Below the pieces are notes generated by a model. The model ran no database searches. It was given only the letters and a program-made list of their open reading frames with translations, and had not been told where the DNA came from. A stretch of DNA of 64,000 bases from Mobula hypostoma. Taxonomy: Eukaryota. How positions within the stretch are numbered: the first letter of the stretch is position 1; the number at the start of each line of letters is the position of its first letter. The stretch spans positions 29,018,001-29,082,000 of the forward strand of contig NC_086097.1 in the NCBI RefSeq assembly GCF_963921235.1, given 5' to 3'. Of this stretch, positions 47,620 through 59,045 are shown in pieces. The position numbers and the translations under genes are program-made.

Positions 47620-49790
47620 CTCTGGCTAAAAAAATGTCCTCCTTACCTCTGTTTTAAAGAGTTGCCCCTCAGTTTTGATGCTGTGCTCTCAAGTTCTGGA
47701 CACCCCCACCATAGGAAACATCCTCTCCACATCCACCCTATCTAGTCCTTTAAACATTTGGTAGGTTTCAATTAGATCCCCTCGCATTCTTTTAAACTTC
47801 AGTGAGTACAGGCCCAAAGCTGCCAAATGCTCCTCATGTGTTAAACCCTTCATTCCCGGAATCATCTTTGTGAACCTCCTCTGGACTCTCTCCAATGACA
47901 ACACATCCTTTCTGAGGTATGGGGCCCAAAACTGTTGACAATACTCCCAAGTGTGGCCTGACTAGTGTCTTATAAAGCCTCAGCATTATCGCCTTGCTTT
48001 TGTATTCTATTCCCCTTGAAATTAATGCCTTCTTTACCACAGACTCAACCTGCAAATTAACCTTCTGGGAATCTTGCATGAGGACCTCTAAGTCCCTTTG
48101 CACCTCTGATGTTTGAATTTTCTCTCCATTTAGATAAGTCTGCACTTTTATTCCTTTTACCAAAATGCATTATCATACATTTCCTACCACTGTATATCAT
48201 CTGCCACGCTTTTGCCCATTCTTCCAATTTGTCTTAAGTCCTTCTGCAATCGCATTGCTTCCTCAGCACTACCTACCCCTCTACCTATCTTCGTATTATC
48301 TGCAAGCTTCACCACAAAGCATCAATTCCATTATCTAAATTATTGACAAACAATGTGAAATTGAGAAACCCCTGAGGGACACCACTAGTCTCAGGCAACC
48401 AGCAGAAAAGGCCCCCTTTATTCCCACTTGCTGTCTCCTGCCTGTCAGCCATTCCTCTATCTACAGTATCTTTCCTGTAATGCCATGGGATTTTATCTGC
48501 TAAGCAACCTCATGTTTGGCACCTTATCAAATGCCTTTTGAAAATCCAAATAAATGACATCCACTGCCTCTCCTTTGTCCACCCTGCTTGTTACTTCCTC
48601 GAAGAACTCTTAACAGATTTGTCAGGCAGAACTTCCCTTTATAGAAACCATGCTGACTTTGACTTACTTTATCCTTAGTCTCCAATAACCCAAAGCCTCA
48701 TCCTTAATAATGGAGTCCAACACTTTCCCAACCACTGAGGTTAGGCTGACTGGCCTATGATTTCCTTCCTTTTGCCTTCCTTAAAAAAATGGAGTGACAT
48801 TTGTAATTTTCCAGTCCTCTGGGACCATACCAGAATCAAGTGATTATTGAAAGATCATAACTACAGATGTATATCTGCTATCTCTTCAGCAACCTCTTCC
48901 AGAACTCTTGGATATAGTCTATTTGGTCAAGTGATTTATCCACCTTAAGACCTTTGAGTTTGCCTAGCACTTTTTCCTTTGTAATAGCAATGGCACTCAC
49001 TCCTGCTCCCTGACACTGACGTCTGGTACACTGCTGGTGTCTTCCACATGAAGCCTGATGCAAAGTATTTATTGAGTTTATCCACCATTTCTTTGTCCCC
49101 CAATACTACCTTCACCAGCATCATTTTCCAGTGGTCCAATAGCAACTCTCACCTCCCTTTTACTTGTTATATAACTGAAAAAACTTATAGTATCCTGCTA
49201 TATATTATTGGTTAGTTTGCCCTCATATTTCATCTTTTCCCTTATGGCTTTTTTAGTTGCCTTTTGTTGGAGTTTTAAAATTTCCCAATCATCCAACTTC
49301 CCACTCACTTTTGCTACATTATATACCCTTTCCTTGGCTTTTATGCAGTCCTTAACTTCCCTTGTCAGCCACAGTTGCTTACCTTTGCCATTTGAGAACG
49401 AACTTCTCCTGTGGGACATATCTAACCTGTGCCCTGTGAACTATTTCCAGAAACTTCAGTCACCTCTGCTCTGCAGTCATCCCTGCCAGTATCCCCCTCC
49501 AATCCACCTGGGCAAGTTCCTTTTCATTCCCCTGTAATTCCCTTTCCTTCATTGTGATACTGATACGTGCGACTTACGCTTCTCCCTCTCAAATTGCAGT
49601 ATGAATTCAATTATATTATGCTCACTGTCTCCTAAGGGTTCCTTTACCTTAAGCTCCCTAATAAAATCTAGATTATTACACCCAGTCTAAGGTACTCTTT
49701 CCCTAAGTAGGCTCAAGCACAAACTGCTCTAAAATGCCATCTCGTAGGCATTCAACAAATTCCCTCTCTTGCGATCTAACACTAACCTGA
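47620..49790 (-). mobile_element. Decayed CR1 LINE (ORF2)
   Basis: Minus-strand ORFs LERVQRRFTKMIPG, LYKTLVRPHL, WLTREVKDCIKAK. Confidence 0.8.
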
Positions 49791-50152
49791 TTTAGAATAC
49801 AACTACTTCTTTGGGATGTATATATCCTGAACCTTCCGAATTGCTTCCAGAAATTCCAGCCTCACTGCTGTGCCGTCATCTCTGCCAGTGTTCTTTTCCA
49901 ATGAACTTCAGCCAGCTCATCTCTCATTCTTCTGTAATTCCCTTTACTCCACTGTGATACTGATATAAAACCAAGGATGTAATGCTGTGGCTTTATAAGG
50001 CACTGCTGAGGTCTCACTTGGAGTATTATCAGCATTTTTGGATCCCTTGTCTAAGAAAGGGTGTACTGACATTGGAGAGGGTTCAAAGAAGGTTCAGGAA
50101 AATTATTCTGGGAATAAAAAACTTATGACATAAGGAACGTTTGGTGGCTTTT

Positions 50153-50830
50153 CATAGTAGTCATAGTCATACTTTATTGATCCCGGGGGAAATTGGTTTT
50201 CGTTACAGTTGCACCATAAATAATAAATAGTAATAAAACCATAAATACTTAAATAGTAATATGTAATTGTGCCAGGAAATAAGTCCAGGATCAGCCTATT
50301 GGCTCAGGGTGTCTGACCCTCCAAGGGAGGAGTTGTAAAGTTTGATGGCCACAGGCAGGAATGACTTCCTATGACGCCTCTGTGTTGCATCTCGGTGGAA
50401 TGAGCCTCTGGCTGAATGTACTCCTGTGCCCGCCCAGTACATTATGTAGTGGATGGGAGACATTGTCCAAGATGGCATGCAACTTGGACAGCATCCTCTT
50501 TTCAGACACCACCTTCAGAGAGTCCAGTTCCATCCCCACAATATCACTGGCCTTACGAATGAGTTTGTTGATTCTGTTGGTGTCTGCTACCCTCACCCTG
50601 CTGCCCCAGCTCACAACAGCAAACATGATAGCACTGGCCACCACAGACTCGTAGAACATCCTCAGCATTGTCCAGCAGATGTTAAAGGACCTCAGTCTCC
50701 TCAGGAAATAGAGACGGCTCTGACCCTTCTTGTAGACAGCCTCAGTGTTCTTTGACCAGTCCAGTTTATTGTCAATTCATATCCCCAGGTATTTGTAATC
50801 CTCCACCATGTCCACACTGACCCCCTGGAC
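50153..50830 (-). mobile_element. Rex1/Babar-like LINE 3' end
   Basis: ORF MLRMFYESVVASAIMFAVVSWG...HPLH and RKSFLPVAIKLYN; AATAAA and (TATGAC)n tail on the minus strand; related + strand tail at 58180-58400. Confidence 0.75.
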
Positions 50831-51415
50831 CCTCTTGGCCTGTAATCACTGGAAATTCGAAGAATGAGGGGGGATCTCATTGAAACATATTGAATGTTGA
50901 GAGGCCTAGGTAGGATGGATGTGGAGAGGATGTTTCCTATGGTGAGGGAGTCTTGGGCCAGAGGGCACAGCCCCAGAATAGGGGGATGTCTATTAGAACA
51001 AAGATAAGGAGGAATTTCTTTACACAGAAGGTGGTGAAACTGTGGAAGTCGTTGCTACGGGCGGCTATGGAGTGCAGGTCATTGGGTGTATTTAAGGCGG
51101 AGGTTGACAGATTCTTGATTAGTCAGGGCTTGAAAGGTAATGGGTCAGAAGGCAGGAGAATGGGGTTGAGCCATGGTGGAGCAGACTCAGTGGGCCGAAT
51201 GGCCTAATCCCGCTCCTATGTCATGATCTAATGAATGTCAAAATGCCATATACAAGCTCACCTTATCAGCTTGAGGGTTCTAATGTTGTATAGTTTCTAC
51301 AGAATATACGAACAAAAGGAAAAAGGACACGAATGTTGGTGGTGAAGTTGTGATCTTGGAATTGTGACTTCCTAACCTGGTTGCCGTGACCTCCTTTGCG
51401 TTCTCTCCTTGCCAG

Positions 51416-51573
51416 GGCACCGGCGATACCAGGATGGACCACTGAAGCTGCTGGGTCGGCTGCCCCTTCTCTCCGAGCATGACATCTGGCTGGCTAATGG
51501 TTTACCCAATGCCGTCTGCTCATCTGATCACCTGTCCCTCTTGGCCAAGTTTGGGCTGAAGCCCCACAGTTGA
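51416..51573 (+). CDS. ANGEL1: ANGEL1 exon 10, last coding exon (LKLLGRLPLLSE...NGLPNAVCSSDHLSLLAKFGLKPHS*)
   Basis: Acceptor TTCTCTCCTTGCCAG; catalytic SDH motif; TGA at 51571-51573. Confidence 0.95.
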
Positions 51574-54122
51574 TCTTACAAAGAAATGGAGAGTGAACAG
51601 TGAGACTTGCTCCTGGCAGGTGCCTTTGCAAAGCTTTTTGGACAGATGCCCCTCGGGTGGGTAGAATGAAGTTCCTTGTAGGGTATATAATTACCATTTT
51701 ATGGTCTGAATTAGGCTATTTTAATCTTTTTGCTTTTTTTTAGTGGTCTGGAATATCGAGTACACTGCTTTAAGATAATGAAAATACAGTTGGCCTTTTG
51801 GTGGGGGTCTGGAACAAGTAGGCTGATGATTTTGTCACCAAGAGTTTCCAGAATGTGATTTTCTTTCATTTGTTTCCCAGGCAAGAGCTTACTTGAAAGC
51901 CAATTGGACACAGTGATAATTTGCCAAGTGTTATTTCTGGGCACTTTCTGTTCGCCCCCCATACATACCTGTGGCTGGATGTGGAACTGTGCTGGATTCC
52001 CTAGAAGCAAACCATTCTATATTCCTTTCATTTGCACTATACAAGGCAGAGTCCACTGTCTGTTAACCAAATCTGAGCTTTCTTTTCCCCTCTGGCCCTG
52101 GAGTTTTAAAATCTTCCTTCTGCTTCTCAGTAGGTCGCAGTCAATTCAGAAACAGTCCTGGTTTGCACCTTTGGACAGGCATGCATGGATTGGGGAAGGG
52201 ATGGGAACGGGGTGGTTTTTAAATCCCTCTAGGGAACTAGTACATTAATTCAACACAAACAGGTTCTTCTTCCTTCTCAAACATAGTCTGGCATACATAA
52301 ATACCCCTGACTCTGGCCTTTCCCATTCCATATATATCTATGTGTGTTTCTGACACACACATATATTCTGGACCTTGTCAGCAAAATAGTGTCGTGATCC
52401 CTGACTCTGAAATTCTTTCCTTTAATGAAAGCAGTATCAGGGTTCTGTCTTCTTTCCATGGTAGCCTGACTGAGTTAGGAGTTAGTAACAGGTGTGAGGC
52501 TCTCTCTATCCCTGCATCAGATTTCCAGGGGATTCCCTGCTGCTTGTAGATGAAGCAGCTGAAGAGTGGGTTGACTCAGGAAGACCAGAACTATTGGAGA
52601 CAAATTCACCAAAAATAAAGGGTTCTGTACCTGGTACCCTCTCTAATTTCTTTGTTGCTGGATAAACAACCAAAAACAACACACATAAAAAGTGCTTTAG
52701 GAACTCAGCAAGTCAGGCAGCTTCTACAGAGGAGAATAAGAATATTAATGTTTTGGGCCAAGATCCTTCATCAGAACAGATCTTCTCAGCCTGAAACGGC
52801 GACTGTTTATTCCCCTGCATAAATCCTACCTGATCTGCTGAGTTCCTCCAGCAGTTCGTGTGTGTTGCTGAGTATTTCCAGCATCTGCATGATCTCTTGT
52901 GTTTATAAACGAATGTTTTGAGTTTGAAGACTGATAATGAGGCAAGAGATTTCAGGTGCTGGAATCGGGAGCAACAAACAAATGCTGGAGGAACTCCACG
53001 GGTTAAGCAGCATCTACAGGCATGGAGTTTGGGGTGTGGATCTGTTGAGGGGTCTCGATCCGAAATGTCAACTGTCCATTTCCCTCTGCAGATGCTGCCT
53101 GACTGAGCTGCTCCAGTGGTTTATTTTTGCTGACTGTTGTCTGCCTGTGCTTTAACTGTGTGATGCAGTCAATGGACTGAATATTGTCTTTCTGTCACAG
53201 CGGAGTGCTTTTTGCTCTCCGAACTGAAAATCAGAGCCTTTCCACAAGTTCACTGCCAAATCCCAGCCACTCCTGCTTGCTCCGTTTTTCAGACTGTTTC
53301 TTTCTCTCTCCTTGACCCTGAGCCCCTCTCCAGGGAAGGGGCAATGGCTGGGATTCCCAGCACGTCTCGTCCTCAATTCAGGATGAGGTGAGTGTGTGAA
53401 TCGAGGCCCCGCTCGAAGCTCCTCGCTCTCCCACTCGTCATGTTCAGGTAATAAGGAAGAGCAGAGTGAGCTTTATTTGGCTTGTGTTTCAGTGGCACAG
53501 TGCTCAAAATGTTGTCCCAGTAGTCACATGGAGCTGTCTTATCTCGTGCCAGGGAGTGCAAGGCATTGGTTCCTAGGCTCTGCTGAGCGTTTAGCAAGTG
53601 CCACCACACAGCATGGCCTCTTCCCACACAACTTTACATTGTGTTGTGTGCTGCTGGGGCTGAGAATGATGTGCACCTTACTGTGGAAGGGAATCCATGT
53701 TCAGTACCTGTAACACTAAATTTGGACATTCTCGAAATAGGGGGAGGAAATAAAGGAGCTAAGTACAGCCCTTCAGACCTCTTCTACTTGAACTTAGGGC
53801 TGATCTGTCTCTGAACTCAATGTGTCCTTGCAGTGAACCTTTTAATGTAGAGGTGATGAGCCAGGTTTCTTCTGGTGTGCAGATTCCGTGTTGGAATGGG
53901 TATAGGTGCTATAGGAAAAGGACCCATCCTGGCTAATCAGGACACTTAATGTACCAGCCACTTGGGCAGGTTAATGTCACTGCAGACACTGCGATAAAGT
54001 CAATGAAGTGAGGGAGTGTAGGAACCTCTTAAATTGTGTTTTGAGGCTTCGTGTCTCATCCTTAATCATCGCGCATTTTGGAAATGAATCTTGTGTCTCA
54101 AACCAATGAGCTATATTGTTAC

Positions 54123-54332
54123 GCAAACACGAGGAATTCTGCAGATGCTGGAAATTCAAGCAACGCACATCAAAGTGGCTGGTGAACGCAGCAGGCCAGG
54201 CAGCATCTCTAGGAAGAGGTACAGTCAATGTTTCGGGCCGAGACCGAAGAGTCTCGGCCCGAAACGTTGACTGTACCTCTTCCTAGAGATGCTGCCTGGC
54301 CTGCTGCATTCACCAGCCACTTTAATGTGAGT
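54123..54332. mobile_element. Young palindromic Penelope-derived element in the probable ANGEL1 3' UTR
   Basis: 14-bp TSD AGCTATATTGTTAC (54109-54122, 54333-54346); arms 54166-54244 and 54251-54329. Confidence 0.85.
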
Positions 54333-54840
54333 AGCTATATTGTTACATGGCTTCTAGATCTTCTGGGAGTGCTCACGAGACGGAGGGGCATTGTTAGTGT
54401 GATGGGAACTCTGTTCCCCAAGTGAGTGACCAGTTGGGTGCATACTGTATCACGTCTCGGGATCTTTCCCAGGTGAAGTCATGATAATGGCCTTTAGGTC
54501 AAGAGGTAAAAATATTGGACATTCATAATGTATTTTAAACACTACCTCCCAAACAAGCAGACAATTGCCATACGTTTAATTCTTAGTTGCTTTTGTAAAC
54601 GTTTGTACGACTGGTTTCTGCATTTAGAGATTGCTTTGGATTAATTGAAGGCTAAAGTTGTGGACCCTGGATGCAGTCTTAACTAAAGGACCAAATCCCT
54701 CGGTCAGCTGGAATTCTGGGGCTTATGGATTTGTGCCTAAGGTTTGAAACTATTAATGTTTAAAAACGCATAGATAAAGCATATATTCAAATGGTGCAAT
54801 TCAAAGGCTGCGTTTTGCTGATATTTTTGTGACTTAAGGA

Positions 54841-54846
54841 AATAAA
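54841..54846 (+). terminator. Probable ANGEL1 polyadenylation signal
   Basis: AATAAA followed by GT/T-rich sequence (GTTTGTTTATTTGAAGTGTTGTCATTTTTG); weaker candidates at 52614 and 53749. Confidence 0.55.
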
Positions 54847-56135
54847 AGTTTGTTTATTTGAAGTGTTGTCATTTTTGCTATGGGTGAATGTTTGCAATGC
54901 ATTGATAACGTGTTTAATAATGTATGGCTGCAATTGTTGCAAGCTTTGTGGAACTGTCTCTGAAACACAGACAGGAGATCTGCAGATGCTGGAAATTCAG
55001 AAAAACACACACAAAATGTTGGAGGAACTTAGGTCAGGCAGCATTTACAGAGGGAGATGGATAGTCAATGTATTGATGAAGGGTCTTGGCCTGAAACATC
55101 GACTGTTTATTCCCCTCCATAGATGGTGCCTCACCTGTTGGCTTCCTCCAGCATTTGGTGTGCGTGTGTTTCTTTAAACACAGTTTAATACATATATTTT
55201 CTGTACTCTAAGCGAACTTGGAACTAAATCTGGATGTGGATGAATGTTTTGAGAGGCAATGTTGTAAACTAGGTAAACACAGAACAGCACAGCATGTTAT
55301 ACTTCTGCCCGTGATGTTGTGTCGACCGCTTAACGCACTCCAAGATCAGTCTAACCCTTCCCTCTCAAATGGCCCTCCATTTATCCATGTGCAGAAGGTA
55401 CTCTTAAATGTCCCTAATTATCTACCTTTACCACCACCCTGGTAGCACTCCCTTACCACTGTGTGTGTGTGTGTGTGATATATATGTATATATATTTTAA
55501 ATAACTATCTCTGACATCCACCCCTCCAATCATCTTATATATACTTGTATTAATTATTTCCACCCTGGGGAAAAAGTCTCTGGCTGGCCACACTATTTAT
55601 GCTTCTTTCATCTGTACACCTGTACCAAGTCGCATCTCATTCTCTTTCACTCCAAAGAGAGAAGCTCCGGCTTGCTCAGCCTATTCTCCTAAAACATTCT
55701 CTCTAATCCAGGCGGCATCCTGGTTAATCTCCTCGGCCCTCTCCAAAGCTTCCACATCCTTCCTACATTGAGGTGACCAGAACTGATCGAATGATCTAAC
55801 CAGAGTTTTATAGAGCTGCAACATTACCTCATGGCTGTTTAACTCAGTCCCCCAACTAATGAAGGCCAGCACACCATATGCCTTCTTAACAACCCTGTCA
55901 ACTTCGAGGGATCTACAAATGTGAACCCTACATCCGGGTTTGAGAATGGTCTCCAAGCCTGCCTTGTTCCATGCAACAACTAGGAGCCTCTGGTCCACCA
56001 TCATTCACTGTGGAAGAGCATGTGGGATGGCATTGAGAACCTCAAGGACTGCATTGGGAGCATGTGTGTGTGATGATTATTACAATGCTATTACAGCATC
56101 AACATAAGGTGTTACTCCAGTCACTACGCTACTGT

Positions 56136-57037
56136 TATGTTGAGACCAACTCTTCATGACTTCGTGAACTCCTGCACACCAAGCCATCTTGTTGGAAGCT
56201 GCCTCTCTAAGATCCCCCAAGGTCATACATATTGTCTGAGCAATATTATCTATCGTAGTCTCTGTCGTCCTCTCCTTTTACCTTCTGTTTTACCTAACAT
56301 GAGAGTCTTCTACAAGGAATCCTGATTTCTCATGATGTGGCCCAAATATTTGAGCTTTTGTCACATAATCAAGCCTCCTAGTGAGCTTCAAGTATTGACT
56401 TGTTGGATCTCCTTATTGTCCAATGAACTTTTAACACTTTCCTCCAACATCCAAGTTGAAAGGCATCGATTCTTTTGTATTCTAATAACAAACTGGTTCA
56501 AGATTGGGAAAGGAGTACGACAAGGCTGCATACTGTCATCCTACTTATCTAATTCTGAACACATCATGAGGATGCTGGTCTGGAGGACTCAAATATTGGA
56601 ATCAAAATTGCCAGACAAAATATTAACAACAGATATGCAGACGATACCACTCTAATGGCTGAAAGTGAGGAGGATCTGAGGAAGCTTCTAATCAAAGTGA
56701 AAGAAGAAAGTGCAAAAGCTGGCTTGTTGTTCAATATTTAAAAAATAAACAGGATTATGTTAACCAGTCCAATTAACTCCCTGGTAATAAATGGAAGTGG
56801 AATCAGTAATGGATTTTGTCTTCCTTGGTTCAAAGATTTCTATAGATGGTAACTACAGCCATGAAATTAAACAGTGTTTACTTCTGGGAAGGGCAACAAA
56901 GGCAAATTTAGATAAAATACTGAAGAGCAGAGGCATCATCTGTGAAGATCCATGTAGTCAAGTCTATGATATTTCCATTTGTGATGTATGGCTGTGAGAG
57001 CTGGACTATTAGTAAGGCTGAATACAAAAGAATCGAT
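56136..57037 (-). mobile_element. BovB-like RTE LINE, 5'-truncated with 5' inversion
   Basis: + strand part: WFKIGKGVRQGCILS, DFVFLGSKI...SHEIKQCLLLGR, VMYGCESWT; minus strand part: RIDAFQLGCWRKVL...WCAGVHEV; TSD GCTACTGT (56128-56135, 57038-57045). Confidence 0.8.
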
Positions 57038-57504
57038 GCTACTGTACCACCCCTATTGACCCCTTCTTTCCCCACCCTCCCTGAAGCTTTAGTCTCTTTC
57101 ATCGCTCAGTGGATTGTGTACAATAGTTGGACATCATTATTACAAATGTGCAAGTTGTTGATGCGGCCACACTTGTGTGCAGTTCTGGTCATCCAGCTAT
57201 AGGAAGGATGCCATTAAGCTGGAGTGCGAACAGTAAGATGTGTTACTGGGACTGGAGGACTTGAGTTGTAAGCAGTGCTGAGGCTTCTTTCCCTGGAGCA
57301 TACGAGGCTGAGGGTGACCAGTAACCTGTGTATAAAATTTTGGGGGCATAGATAAGATGAGTGTTCATAGCCTTTTTCCTAGGAGAGAGGATCAAAATCT
57401 ACATGGCATAAACTTGAAGAAAGAGAGGAAATATTTACTTGAGAGGCAACTTTTACACACAATGGGAATGAGCTGCCAGAGGAAGCTGTAGAGCTGGGTT
57501 CAAT

Positions 57505-57855
57505 TCATCATCAGCATTATGTGCCATGTAGTGTGACATGGGTGATCATGGTCTTTGTGGCCATGATTATTCTTGGCAAAGTTTTTGACAGAAGTGGTTT
57601 GCCATTGCCTTTTCTGCTGGGCAGTGTCTTTACAAAGTGGGTGACCCCAGCCATTATAAATATTCTGAAGGGGTTGTCTGCCAGGTGTCAGTGGTCACAT
57701 AACCAGGACTTGCGATCTGCACCAGCTGCTCCCATGACTTTTCATGACCCTGATCAGGGGATTAAGCAGGTGCTACACCTTGCCCAAGGTGACCTGTAGG
57801 CTAGCAGAGGGAATGAGCACCTTACACCTCCTTTGGTATCTCCACCCCGCCACCC
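57505..57855 (-). mobile_element. RTE-related SINE / non-autonomous element
   Basis: Reverse complement contains AAAGGCAATGGCAAACCACTTCTG, resembling the RTE/BovB 5' UTR segment, and a (GAT)n tail. Confidence 0.5.
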
Positions 57856-58102
57856 AATTACAGTGTTTAAAGTAAACTTAATATCAAAGTATATGTTAGC
57901 ATATACCACCTTGAGATTCATTTTCTTGCAGGTATTTACAGGAAAGTAAAAAAATACAATATTTATGAAGATTATAGATGTAAAACCACTGACAAACAAC
58001 CAGTGTGCAAAAGAAGGCAAACTGCAAATAAAAATGACCGAGAACATGAGTTGTAAAGGGTGCTTGAAAGTGAGTGCATAGGTTGTAGAATCAGCTTAGA
58101 GT

Positions 58103-59045
58103 TAGAAACATAGAAAACCTACAGCACAATACAGGCCCTGTGGCCCACAAAGTTGTGCCGAAAATGTTCCTACCTTACCTGCCTGTGGCCATCGAATTTG
58201 CAGCTCCTCCCGTGGAGGGTCAGACACCCTGAGCCAATAGACTAGTCCTGGACTTTTTTCCATCTGGCATAGTTTGCATTTTGTTGTTTGATTGTTTGTG
58301 GTTTTCATATTGCTATATTTATGCTCTATTTTTGGTTGTTGTGGCTGTAACGAAACCCAATTTCCCTCGGGATCAATAAAATATATCTATCTATTTATCT
58401 AAATTACTAAACTTACCTATAGCCCTCTATTTTACTAAGCTCCACGTACCTATCCAAAAGTCTCTTGAAAGACCCTATCGTATCCGCCTCCACCACTGTT
58501 GCCGGCGGCCCATTCCACGCACTCACCACTCTCTGTGTAAAAAAACTTCCCCCTGACATCTCCTCTGTACCTACTCCCCAGCACATTAAACCTGTGTCCT
58601 CTTATGACAACCATTTCAGCCCTGGGAAAAAGCCTCTGACTATCCACATGATCAATGCCTCTCATCATCCTATACACCTCTATCAGGTCACCTCTCATCC
58701 TCCGTTGCTCCAAGGAGAAAAGGCCGAGTTCACTCAAACTATTCTCATAAGGCATGCTCTCCAATCCAGGCAACATCCTTGTAAATCTCCTCCGCACTCT
58801 TTCGATGGCTTCCACATCCTTCCTGTAGTGAGGCAACAGTACTGAGCACAGTACTCCAAGTGGGGTCTGACCAGAGTCCTATATAGCTGCAACATTACCT
58901 CTCGGCTCCTGAATTCATTTCCACGATTGATGAAGGCCAATACATCGTACGCCTTCCTAACCACAGAGTCAACCTGCGCAGCTGCTTTGAGCGTCCTATG
59001 GACTCAGACCCCAAGATCCCTCTGATCCTCCACACTGCCAAGAGT
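58103..59045 (-). mobile_element. Young CR1 3' fragment (same family as 36139-39416), interrupted by a Rex1-like tail at ~58180-58400
   Basis: ORFs MPHYRKDVEAIERVRRRFTRMLPG and LYRTLVRPHLEYC. Confidence 0.85.
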
